A stretch of 63,900 nucleotides of DNA, the filler included, from Platydemus manokwari (lineage: Eukaryota): NCBI GenBank assembly GCA_037951405.1. It is 5 parts of 5 records of this genome, joined end to end, with 100 filler letters (N's around TTAATTAATTAA, not from the genome) between each part and the next. Parts side by side here need not be neighbours in the genome. Positions count along the whole stretch, not along the records: positions 18,562 to 33,795 come from JBBMOY011320315.1; positions 33,896 to 45,616 come from JBBMOY010499998.1; 3 more parts are not named here. One strand, 5' to 3'. Under the pieces are notes generated by a model. That model was not told where the DNA came from, did no database searches, and was given only the letters and a program-made list of their open reading frames with translations. The translations under genes were made by a program, and so were the position numbers. Of this stretch, positions 27,310 through 40,084 are shown in pieces; positions within the stretch are counted from its first letter, which is position 1; the number at the start of each line of letters is the position of its first letter.

Positions 27310-27965
27310 ATTATGCTCGTCACTCAATTAAATTCAAGAGGAATAACAGAAGAAGAGTATAAAAGGGCTCATGATATTTGGATAATATCTAATTGTAAGT
27401 CATTATGGGATTATACAATTTTGTACTCAAAACAAGATGTAAATATATAAGCTGTTGCATCTGAACTAATTATATAAATCATAGAAATTTAGATCCTGAT
27501 CATCATGATTCTTCCCTATCTATAACATAGGAATCAAGATTAAAAGAAACCCATATTGAATCAGAATTATTTAAGTATTAAGTAATGTATGAAATGTGTG
27601 AACAAGGATTTCGAGAAGGAATTCCTTCTGAAATTGTAAAAAGATATGTCGAAGCAAATTACAAATATGCTAATCCTGGATGTGAAAACCATAAAATAAT
27701 TGATAAATATGAAGCAGAGAAATGATTAAAAGTTATAAATAATAAAGAAATAATACCATCACAAACATTTGATAAAAATTATTTATTATAAATTGATGCA
27801 AATAATTTATATGGGTGGGCAATGGATGAAGTATTATTACCTTATAGAAATTTTAGTTGGATTGAATAAAAAGACAAATAAAATAAATAATTTAGATAGA
27901 TTTAATTCAATAATAAATCAATTACCATCTGATTTAGAACAAAGATTAGTAATCACTGATTTAAT
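27310..27965 (+). mobile_element. Polinton/Maverick pPolB polymerase-domain fragment (decayed)
   Basis: GITEEEYKRAHDIW, LDP.H, MYEMCEQGFR, KRYVEAN, and motif A DANNLYGWAM..LPYRNFSW at ~27795-27860. Confidence 0.85.
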
Positions 27966-28199
27966 AGTCAATTTTCCTTCTCCTTTTGTTCCGTAAAACA
28001 TTTTCTTATCATTGATTTTTCTGTTTAAAGTTAATTTAATCATCGTCAAAATAATGATCAATTGTAGCTCTCTAAAAATACAATTATGTGTTTTAATGGA
28101 AATCGTCCTGCGAGCTTGTTTTTTAAATTATTAATACTTTTCTTCTTTTGAAAATTTTTTTGTTTTTTCCTTTAGTTTGATCTAAAATCAATGATGTTA

Positions 28200-29090
28200 A
28201 CTAACCAGTGCCGCCATTAGATTGATTTAATAACATAAAATTAGACATATCAGATATTTCCATAACATTTTTAATATTTTCAATTTCACAAGTTCCTAAT
28301 GCTAATCTCATAGAAAAAATAAATGTGGGAAAAAAATTATTTTTAAAGTTATATTTTGATCATCAGCTCCTGTTTTCTTTTATTTAATTTTAATTTCATA
28401 TCTTAAGAAACCATTACAAATATCTACAGGAAATGAAGTTTGTTGAGATTCAAAAATAATATTTTTGGATTCATTTAAATTGGTTGCTGTAGATGATGAT
28501 ATGTCAATAACTTATAAATCTTCCTTTAATATCATGTTTAAATTTATAAATATTTCCATCAAATTTTGATATTATTTTTATAACAAATTTAATTATGAAT
28601 AATATTTTTTGAGTATTTTACTTTTTCTATCTTTAGTTATATATCCTAATTTATTCAACTTTATTAAAATATTATTTATTGACTTATAAACATTATTATG
28701 CCCGCCTTTTTAGCAGCTAATAATTTTCTTAAATTATAAAATAATTCCATCAAATTCAATAGAGGTGATGAATTCAGTTGATTTACCATTGGTAACTACT
28801 TTAACTGATTATTATTATTTAATCCTGTTCCTGTCTTCTTCACTTTTCTCTGCACATTTATTTGTCAAAATAATGTTTAATGAATTATCTGTGATCTCAA
28901 ATTTTTTCCCATCTCCAGTAAATGAAAAATTATTTTTATCGTCTCATTTTTAATCAAGAATTCTTTTAAATAAATTTTTAAAATTTGAAAATCCAGGCTA
29001 TTTAATTATTTAATTTTTAATGTTGGTGTAATAGATTTTGCGGTTAATTCTTTATTGCTTGGTTTAAATATTACTTGTTCAAAGACAGAT
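28200..29090 (-). mobile_element. Polinton/Maverick major capsid protein N-terminus plus upstream conserved small gene (decayed)
   Basis: TNLNESKNIIFESQQ..NGFLRYEIKIK..ITLKNNFFPHLF..RLALGTCEIE resembles the Polinton DJR capsid N-terminus. Upstream LLAAKKAGHNN..NILIKLNKLGYI resembles the Maverick 'LLASK.AGN' gene. Confidence 0.65.
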
Positions 29091-29094
29091 TAAA

Positions 29095-32000
29095 TTTATT
29101 TAATATAGACATAAATATCTTCACGATAGGTTGCACAAGTACTGACATTTTTTTATAAAATTGACTAATCCTTGATACGTCCGGTAAGTTTGATTGTATG
29201 AGATTCTTATTGCCTAGTAGATCAGTTGCCTACTATCAATTACCTACTATCAGTTATGATTGTTGATTGCTAGCTGGTTGAATGCGCTTGACCAGGATGG
29301 TTGCTTGAGGTTTCGATCGTCGGTATGAGCTTTGTATGTGACGTAGGCAACATTTAGAAGTGCGATGATTAAATAGCCGGCGATGAAGGTGATTTGTGAC
29401 TTAGTAAGTCCGATGTTGGCTATGATTTTGTTTTTTATTGGATCTCAAGAACCGAAAACGCCTATATAAAGAACGTCTTGAGGGGTTTCGAATCAGTTCT
29501 TCGTTTTGATTTCACTGGCAATATGTCGGTATTTTTCATAGTTAAGGAGCCTGTGTTTTTCGAAGTTCTTTATGTTAGTAGGATGGTATTTTGCGATTGA
29601 CAATGTAGGGATGTCTCTTCACTTTATTTCTTATTATAAGGTCTGGTCGCAATTTCGTATCCCAGCAATTGGAGGTCCAAGATGATGGAATGTATATATG
29701 AGTATCCGTTTCTTGATCGGTCAGGCATCTTCTACATAGCGTGGATTTTTCTTTTTTTGATGAAGTATAGCGTGTAGTTTAGAATTAGGAATTTGTTTCG
29801 CGCTTGTTGAGTGAAAATCCATACTTCAGGAGATAGATGTAAGTTCTGCATTGATTACTTTGAAAGGTGGCTGGTAATGAAGCAGTGAGCAAGTAGGCGG
29901 TGCTTTTACATGGTGGTCCATTTGTTGAAAGCATGCATAGAGACCGCATCATTAAGTATATAGGAAAATTTACCACGTTTATCAAAGTTGTGGTGTTATG
30001 TTTTGTTATTGTCCACTGCAAGTTTTCGCAAGATTTCCATATGGTAATTGTAGAATTCAGTGTCTGTCTGTATTTTGCGAAGTTTCCGGGCAGCAAATCG
30101 TGTTTTTCTCCACCATGTGGTCAAACTCGTTTTCCTCTCCGTTGGATACTTATCAAAAATCCATAGAAAAGCTATTTCGAGATTGGCTGGATCGGTCATT
30201 CTGTGGTTGATAATGTCTGTCATATGGTTTATCATGAAGGTTTTGAACTCGTAGTCAGGGATAGTAAGATATCTGAGAGCTCCCACAATACTTTGAATGC
30301 AATACTTCATTAGTGATGTCGTCAGACCTAGCTCAACCAGTTTTGTTAGAGCATACATGAATCGATTGATGCTCGAGTTGGAACCGCCCGTCTTTAATTA
30401 TTTTTGGGGTATTTGCCAGATTTTCTTGTCAAAGCTTTGGATTCGCTCGTTGTTTTCAGTTGTAACTAGAGCCCTAGAGTCGAGTTTGGTGGTCTCGACT
30501 TGTTGGATGCGGAGATGGTAGGGCAATCTTGGGTGTAAGAAAATAGTATAAGCCCTAAGTTTCGTGAGTCTGCAATTGCTTGATAGTCAGTAGTTATGGA
30601 GTCCAGTATTTTGTCGATTAATGTTTTTTGAGTCCAAAGGGGACACCTAGATATCTGTATAAGTTTTCGTTGTCTACGATTGGAATTGATTCCTGGTCAA
30701 TGGAAAGCTTTATTCTATTTCTGATTTTCTTGCTGTAGTAGCCACATTTTGAGGTATTGATGGTGAGTTGGATATCATTCATTTCGTGGATAATTTGTTT
30801 CAGTCTGTATTTGATATTTTCGCCGAAGTTGGCCAGGATAACAATTTCATCTGTGTAGGCAAGTGTTGAGAAGTCCTAGTCGTTGATTGATAGCGGTTCC
30901 AGTATATTGGCTGAAGTTTTTATCGAAAAATCAATTGGCAAGTAAAAGCGTGTCATTAACAAGGGACCCCTTGTTTAACACCGCAATGAATAGAATTAGG
31001 TGATGTCTTGATTTATCCGTACGTATAAGTGGTTTTGAAGTCCTCATGTAAGGCTTTGATCAATTCAATGTAGTGGCTCTTAAACCTTATTTTTTTTCTT
31101 AGTCAATCAAATAACCTCATAGTGGAGACTCGAGAAAACTTCGTTGAAGTCAATGCAGCAGAAATGTAGGTCCTTATTATGCTTGGTTACGAATTCCTGG
31201 AGCGAAGATAAGTACGCGTTGTGTTCCGCGCATTCATCAGAGGCAAACACCGCTTTCTGGTTGTGTGAGAGGTGGTTGCCGGCATCTATTCATTTAAGGA
31301 GCCTGAAATTGAGAATTGTCGTGAAGATTCTGTAATATGAGTCGGTTAGAGTGATCAGTTGCCAAGAGGTGATAAAGTTGGACGTTGCTTGATTGGCAGG
31401 TTTCAGTAATAAGCTTGTGTTACACTAGTTCCATTGGTCTGGTATTGTTTTGATTTTGAGAATGCGCTTAAATAAGGACTGAAGGAACAGATTTTTTGCA
31501 AGCCTATTTGCCTCCAGTCTTTATAGGTTAATCTTTCGTTTCCTGGTGCGACTAGGAGAGCTCGTGAAACGTGTTCATATTTCTCCTAGCGTAAATTTTT
31601 TAGAATTGGAAATGTCTTCGAACTTTGGTAGAGTTGGATCGGATGTCTCTAGTAGCGGAGCTGGCATCGGTTTGATTATTGTGATATGATGTCATCAATT
31701 GTCTGCGTTGCAGTTGGGTTTGAAGAATATAGTATGCATCTTATTGTTTCCTTTGGTTCGGTGTGGAATTGTGATCTGATTTTGAAGTTCGAAGATGATT
31801 TGTCTATGAAGTAATTTACAGACGGTTTGGCCATCTTTTTTGGTACAAATCTTATTGGATCTTTAGTTGATACTGTTGTCTTCGCAAAGGTTATCATTTG
31901 AGTCAGATTGGCTCTGTTTGATTCGCTCAGCTCGATTGTCTCAATCATCATGGGACTCATTCTAAACCTGTCTGTGTGGTTGATCTTCGGAAAAGTAGAA

Positions 32001-33044
32001 TTTCCGAGATTATCCTGTTTATGTCAGTTCTGATATGCAGCAGTACTGGAAAACTGGTGAGTTGCTGACGTAATCTATAAAATGCTGTATGACAAAAAGT
32101 CTGCAATAGGAAGACTTAATTTGGAGAGGTAAGTCCTGTAAAAAAGATTGTTTGAGAGTCAAAGTTTCTTCAATCGCTTGGAGGTTTTGGAGTAGGTTGT
32201 CGAGTTTATTCCATAGATATATTTGTTCCGCAGATAAGTGTTTTGTAGCCGGGTCTATAAAGAAGGAACAGTGTTTCGATCGATCGGAGATATATAAGTT
32301 TCAGTGGTTGTTGTTCTAGTGGATTAGTGGGAAGTTAGATTTTTGCTCGTCAGTGGCATAGTGCCAATATTGGTGGAGTCGTTCTCATTCTGTGGAGAGT
32401 GGTAGTCGATGTGATATTTGATGCCAATAGCCAGACCAATGTATCCACAGTAACATTGTACGGTAAATTTTGAGTGAAGAGTTGTGTTGTGCATCTAATT
32501 AAAATGTTTTGAAATTATCGTTGCGTAAGGAATGGGAAACAATATATTTTGTGCTTCTTAGTGCATTTTTCTTTTTTGGAAGTCAGTGTGTCTGGGTTAA
32601 ACTGGTTTGAGTTTACTTTTTCAAATTGGAGTAATCATTACATTTGTAGAAAAAGAATCCAATGTAGTTTATGAATCTTGGGAACAGGCTTAAGTTTGTT
32701 TTTTCTGTATTTTCTATATTTGATGACTTTGCATGATGTGGTGCCATTTAGATTTAACAAGTCGTGTGGATTGTCCTGTGCGTTTGTGTTTTTTAGCAAT
32801 TGGACATAGTTGAGCATATTTTTGAATTTTGGCCCCTTTTGAGCAAGGTCTATGGGCTTATATTCTTGTTTGTTTATCCTTTGTGTAGATTTGCTCAGTA
32901 AGATATTTGCCTGGTGTGGGTTTTTGTAGATGCGTTGTGGTTGTCTGGATGCATTTGTGGGAATCTTATCCCAAGTTTGTTATGTCTGAACGTCTTTGTT
33001 TCATAAAAATTAGGTACATCTTCGGGGTTCTTTCGAAAAGTCCG
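29095..33044 (-). mobile_element. Near full-length, heavily decayed RLE-type non-LTR retrotransposon (second family)
   Basis: Minus strand: IDF....SLH, GVKQG.PL, LAYTDE (YADD), IN.SKC, YRYLGVP, CRRCLTDQETDTHI, KLRPDLI, EKYRHI, IGVFGS. ORF pieces 29785-30358 and 31676-31960 belong to it. Confidence 0.85.
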
Positions 33045-33138
33045 AAATTATTAATATAACTAACTAGTTTGTTTTAATTTTATTTAAAATAGGTTCTAAG
33101 CATCATCAATTCTAAACATAATATTTTACAATTATATC
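33045..33138 (+). repeat. Dispersed repeat, copy 2 (copy 1 at 20333-20426)
   Basis: Direct sequence similarity to copy 1. Confidence 0.85.
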
Positions 33139-33795
33139 AGTAAAAAAATAAGTCGTTTGCATATTTTATTTTATTATGTTTTGAAAATCACACCGTTTGC
33201 TTTTTAATATTAAAACAAATCTCTTTTTTTTATCTCACTTTCCTCTCCTGTGGTTTTTGAGATTCTTTTTAGCCACTCAATTCTTTGAGGTTTTGGTTGT
33301 TCTGTGTAATCTCCGTGTAGAGAAAAGATTATCTGACTGTCTCATACAGAGACAGATTGATTTTGTCAATTGTTCACTAATCCTAAATGAAGTAATTGAT
33401 CAACCAGTTAGACACACTTAGATTTTGAGTCAGCACAAGTTCCCCAAGTTAATGAAAACATACACTAGTCTATTGAATATGTAATTCATAAATACGAGAG
33501 AGTGAGAAAGAGTGAGTATATGAGGATCCAGGATCAAAGACTAGTGTATATTACTACTTATTGATATATGGTACCTATTTAAGTTATGTTATTCTATAAT
33601 AGAAGAAATAACAAGAAGGAAACTAACTCATTATAACTCTTATTATCTAACCCTATTCGTCTCAAGACTCTATTATTCTGTGGATCTCATGATCCTAAAC
33701 AACCTATGTTTAACATATTGTTGAGTGAAGACCAAATCTTGAAAAAGAAAAACGATTTCGTACCTTAAAACCCTTGTTTTAGCAATTTAAGCATT

Positions 33796-33895
33796 NNNNN
33801 NNNNNNNNNNNNNNNNNNNNNNNNNNNNNNNNNNNNNNNTTAATTAATTAANNNNNNNNNNNNNNNNNNNNNNNNNNNNNNNNNNNNNNNNNNNN
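33796..33895. other. Assembly gap/spacer
   Basis: 100-bp N-run with TTAATTAATTAA. Confidence 0.98.
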
Positions 33896-34239
33896 TCTAT
33901 ATAGTTTATTTAATTATATTATTTAAAAACATTTTGAATTTTTTATTTAAGTACTTAAGAAGAATTTTAGTTATTTGAAATCAAATATTAAATACAGAGC
34001 TTCAAAATCTCCTGAAATTTGGTTATTTTTAAAATTGGTCAAATTAGGTCGAATTGCAATTTATTAAAAATTAATGAGACCCTCTTTTAATCTTAGAAGT
34101 AAATGGAGAAATGATCTAAATGTTTACAATTATTTACAAAAACAAGCAACACTAGACTATGAAACATATCATGAGTTGACTAAGCTCATTAATAATTATA
34201 AAAAAATTAAATTTGGAAGTGTTGTGATTAGAATAGGAA
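33896..34239 (+). repeat. Dispersed AT-rich repeat (non-autonomous TE?), copy 1; copy 2 at 58951-59325
   Basis: TCTATATAGTTTATTTAATTA..AAAAACATTTTGAATTTTTTATTTAAGTA.TTAAGAAGAATTTTAG...GAAGTG.TGTGATTAGAATAGGAA is collinear in both copies. Confidence 0.85.
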
Positions 34240-37200
34240 ATTGGTCTTGAAACTCTGTTTTGTCCATATTGATTTAAGTCTTCACAATCGATTTAAATCT
34301 TTGGTGATTTTATCTCAACTCTTGATTTATTTGTAAATACTAACTCTTTAGTGATGTTATGATTTTTATGTAAAAGTTGATGTGAAACATTGTTTTGATT
34401 CAAAAAAATAAAAAATTATTAATTCCAAAAAATTATATTATTTTTACAATTATTGTATTTATTTGGAAAAAATGGACGAAATAATAATAAAAGTTTGAAA
34501 TAAATGAAAAAATAATGGTAATAATAATAATTGTGAGGTTTATAATATAAAAAACGATTAATAATTTTTTCAAAAAATATCTTTAATTAATTATATTAAA
34601 AATATTTAATTTTCGTATTTATCTTGCTCAAACCATTAATGTAACCTCTCAAAAAATTTTAAAAAATAATTCATAAAATTTAAAATTAAAATGTGTTAAT
34701 AAATAATTTTTATATTAATGGCAATTTGAATTTTTAAAGAAGGCTAAAAATAATAGAAATTTTGTTTTGAAAATATGTAATATAAAAATATATTTTTTGC
34801 GCGTTAATAATTATGACTTTTGAATCCAACATGAAAAACGAAGTGTTAGCCACTAACAATAATAATAATAAAATTATAAATATAAATGATGAATGTGGGT
34901 GCATTTGTGGACGAAATCAGAATTTTAAAATGTGTGTGAAAAATAAATTAAAATTATTAATGTAGACGGATTTGTAAAATAATTTGAAAATACAATAAGA
35001 GAGAAAAGAAAATAATTATTATTATTCAGAATCCGTCATAGAAAATGCTATATAAGGAACGGAAAAATCATAAAATTCGCTCACGCAAAGAGATTCTTAC
35101 TAGAAGCTTTAGCTTAGAAAATAAGTAAAACTTGGAAACGCTCTTTTTGAAAACAAGAAAAACAATTTATAATATTTTTATTATAAAGGATTTGGTATAT
35201 TTGTAGAAATGTGATAAAAACGAATAAATTTTATTGTCACATTCTTTGTGTTAATTTATTTTCGATTATAATTTTTAAAAACACGAACCTATTGACATTG
35301 CACTTCAACTGTTAGTATCGAATTCACATACATATTAATAAATAATAACCCCAACATTATTCATAAAATTTAATTTTTACGTTAAATCTGAGAAAATTTT
35401 ACATAAAGAACCTCAAAGAACTCCTTTTCTTAATTTGAGGCTATTAGTTGGTTTTTGTAATCAAAATATAAATTCCTTAGAAAGATTTTTAAAAACTTTA
35501 ATCAAGTATATCCCCAAAAAGTTTCCCATTCTACATATCTAATCGTTCGGAATCATCAAAAAATTATTGATTAACACGAAAAAAATCTTGCGAATGTGAA
35601 ATTATTTTTATACCATATAAAGAACAAATAAATTCAAAGAATTAATGAAGTGTGAAACATAAATTTAACGAGAATGATATTTTCATTTCACTTCAAACAG
35701 TAGAAAATGAAAATGAGGAAATCATCCAGAAGTCGCCCAATACAAATTTGAATTATTTAATAAATTAAATGACAATTTAAATAGTGCCGAGACATATAAG
35801 CGTGAAGATATTTTTAACAATAACTATTCTTTTGTAACGTTACTGAAAACAAACTAGGAACCAATAATCATATCACAGAAAACCTTGGTGTATGATAATG
35901 TGTCTTCAATAATTCTAAATCATAATCACTGTCATGCTAAAGCTTAAGGTTCGAAATGAGATTCGAGCAAAATAATCTCTGTGGATTGGTTATTAATCTG
36001 CTATTTTGATTTATCGATTGCAGCTCATTGAGGTTACATTGGCAATTTTAATGGATAATAATTTTATAATCATAATATGATTAATTATAATTAATATATT
36101 AACTATATATAAAGCACACATATACTACTTGTATTAATAGCGGTAAATATATTTATAGCTGAAGACATGCTTTTGTGTTATCAAGATTTCCAAAGTCACT
36201 GTTTTTTTGCGATTATAACTGCTAATAGAAAAAATCAATTATTTAAAATCTAATATTTAAAAGAAATATATGATGTCACCATCGATGTCATTGGAATCGT
36301 AGTAGTAACCTGATAAAGAGTGTGTGTAAACAAAAACAATTTCATACAAATAACGTTAATAAAAGTCTGAGAGAGACTAAATTCGAAAATCATGCTAGTA
36401 TCACAAACAAGAGGGAGTCAGATCCCAAAAATTTGAAACATGGCACATTTTCTTTGTTTAAGATTTCTAAGGCTTGCTTTATTATTTTGATTGGATGTTA
36501 TCTTCATTCTTCACTACCATTGACCCATCTTTTCTTTCATATGTTTGGATTAAAAACTGAAGTCCAACAATTGAGTATTGATTTCAAACCCCATGATTAG
36601 CTACTTGGATATTAGGCAAGGGCTGTATGTGTATATAACTTTTTAGACCAAATTTCAGGTCGTTTTTGGACTTGATATCGGTAATTGATAAAGGTAAGTT
36701 TATCCATTTTTGGTTGTGTCGATCAATTATGAGAAGAATTTTTAAAAAATCGATAATTTAATTTAAATTATAAAATTAAATACAAACTTCTTCGAAATAT
36801 TAAATTGCTCATATTATTATAAGCCATCTCCGGTTGACAATAAAAATGATTTTCTATTAATTTCCACTTTCTAATCGTCAAAAACTTTGAAATAATTTTA
36901 TTCCTCGTAGTAATTTATGCCAGGCGGAATTAATGGAAAATAATTTCTTAATCATTTTAGTCATTTAAGTTCTTCCAAATTATCGGGAAAAAATTTTTAT
37001 AAATTGTAATGTTAACAAATTCTGATAAATTATTTGGTTTCGAGATTGATCAAATTACTATCAATCAAACCGAATTGACCACGGAAAAAAATTAAAATAA
37101 AACACATGCTTATTGATCGAATACAATTGACTGTTTCCTCAATAAGATTTATTTTCACCGCTTTTTGGTATGATACGTTAATGAGATGCAACATTTTTTA

Positions 37201-40084
37201 TTCTTTTTTCGGCACTTTCATATAATGAAAATTGATCGTAAATTTTAAATTAGTTGTGAATAATATTATACCTTGAATGGTACTACATACTTATCCACTT
37301 GTTTATTTTTCTTTTCTCTAAATAATGCCTTAATAATAACAATTTTTCCAATTTTTAACTTTCTACTGAAATTCTTACTAACAATATTTTTACATAATTT
37401 ACAATACTTACTATTGTAAGTAGATAATTTTTAGTAAAATTAATTATTAACAAATATCAGTAAATTACAAAAATTATATGCACTATTTATCGCACATAAT
37501 TGAAATTGCTAGTTTATTTTATGGCCTGGATTTTCAATTGAAATTTTTTGTCATGTGTTATTAATTGGAAATATTACAAATAAAATTATCGAGCAATGAA
37601 AAAATTCAAATAAATTTTTTTAACAGCCATATTAATTTACATGATTTAATATTCTCAGTATATACACCTCTATTGAATAATATTGATTATAATTATTATT
37701 ATTATTGTTGATGCCACAATAATAGAGAATAAAAATTATTGACCCAATTTATAATAAAGTTAATGTATTTATTATAATGATAAAATATATGATATAAAAT
37801 TCAAATTTAATGCAAACATATCCAGTTATTTGACTGGTTGCGATGTGATACGCCACATGTGATACACCAAATTATGATATCCAATACACAACAACCGCAA
37901 TTTAACGATCTAAAAATTAAAATCTGCCTGTTAGATAGCACAGCATTTTCCAGCAATCCCATTATGCTATTTCCATCGATAATTCACTTATTACAGACTT
38001 GTTATGATAATTATAATAATGTAACTTAATGATGATGATTATTATTATAAATATTATTTATCATTTCGCAAATTATTTATAATCGGTTTTATAATTAATG
38101 AAATAATTATTATATTTATTTACGCTAATATTCGCATTGATAATGGGAAATGACTTTTAATTTTGGTTGCTAATGCAATTGAACATAAACGGTCTGTAAA
38201 TTTATGGAATAAATTGTAGACGGTAAAAATATCATCAAGTTTTATCGATCGCCACCGCATTTTCACATTTCAATCAGTGGAAATTCCAATTTTGTGCTGA
38301 TATTATAAAATATTCACAGCAATAAATATGATTTATTATCCATGGTTCATCAATATGAAATCTATGTATGAATGTGATTATAGATTTTATTGAATTTTAT
38401 CGGATTTTACATTGAATTGTTTTTGTGAAAACAAATCACTGTTTGATTGGAAAGGTAAAGTAAATAATAAAGTAATATTTATCAAAATAAAACACCTCAC
38501 AATCAATCAACATAACAATCATGTGATTGTCTATGGTGTAATCATTATTATGTAATTATAAGTTTGTTGTTATTTTTGAATTTGAAATCACAACACAAAT
38601 AACGATAAGTGATTGCACAAGGAAGGGATTCTCGAAATTACTTTTTGAGATGATTTTTATCGTTACGGTCTATCATACGCAAGAAATTGGGTTTAATATT
38701 TAAAATCAATATTCTTCTGTATTCTGTTATTGAAAGGCATTATCTCAATGAATTTATGAAAGGTATTTGCAAATTTATCATCATGATAATATGGGTTTGA
38801 ATGAAAATTAATTGTTAAAATAGACCAGCTTTAGTTAGTATGACAAGCAATAGAATATTTATAAGAAAATCACCATGAAAAACTGTTATTTCTTCAATTA
38901 GATTTTTATAAAATCTAATAAATAGTGATGAATTATATAGATTACTGGATCTGGTTTACACATCACATCAGGTATTAAGTGTTCATCGATACAAGTTCAT
39001 TTTGTTATGCAATTATAATTCATAAAATAGAAAATATAGATAATCTAAAAATTTGAACATATCGTTGGAAAATGGCAGATATTCGTCGATTTTTCATTTG
39101 AAGTAGATTGAAAATTAATACAATTGTGTTTAAATTAAGATGATCGATTAGTCATTATTGAATTAATAAACTATCTCACAATAGGCGGGAATTTTGAAAC
39201 CATTCTTATTGACAGACGTGAGTGAACACAATATTAATATCAAATTAACAAAAATGTTATCATGGAGAATTTCAATGTAAATAGCCGTTTCAATTTTTCA
39301 TTCAAATTTAGAAATATTTATCAAAAATTTTTGAAATTAACTCGAAATTAAATAAGTAGCATCACTTAATATATCGTGACATCACTTGACATGGACATTA
39401 TTCACTGATAACTTGTACATATATCTAATACGTGAGCGGAAAATTTATAGCAACTGTGTGCCTACTTGCATACGAAATTTGCAATGTACAACCTGAAATT
39501 TACTAGACTTTCTTATTTTTGATTTATTGTTAATCGATTTTCCTCGCACACTTAGTCAATCAAAGCTAAATTAACCACAAAGAAAATGTGTATTTAACAA
39601 GACTACATTTTAACACATTTCGATTCTGCACAATGAAAAGTTGACATCATTTAAATCACCATGTAAATTACAGGAGATGATGATTTTTATTAATAATATA
39701 AACCCCCATCAAGGAAAGAAACAAGTCCTTTCACCATTTAATAGCACCAAAATGTCAATAAAAACACAAGTAATAAACAATTACTCCTAGAATATGCTTA
39801 ATTAATAATTCATACAAATTACAAGTTATAATGGATCGTTAGAACTCTCCAACACCTTCATTCACGCTGACTAAGACACGTGTGTATAAAACTTCGAATC
39901 AAATGAAACAGTTGACTAGTACAGAAAATCAATGTCTTACACCGTTCGTAGTAATATTTCTACATATTATAATAACTATACACTCGACAATTCAATAAAA
40001 TAATCATTAATAAAATATATCTCGCAATCCAGATTGGAGTTCAATTTATTCAAATCCAATTCAAAAATTTAAAATTAAAATATA

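Noticed and set aside
33000-33045. TCGGACTTTT and TTTTTATGAA shared with the 3.96-4.4 kb array
   Set aside because: Only 10-mer matches in AT-rich DNA, compatible with chance.
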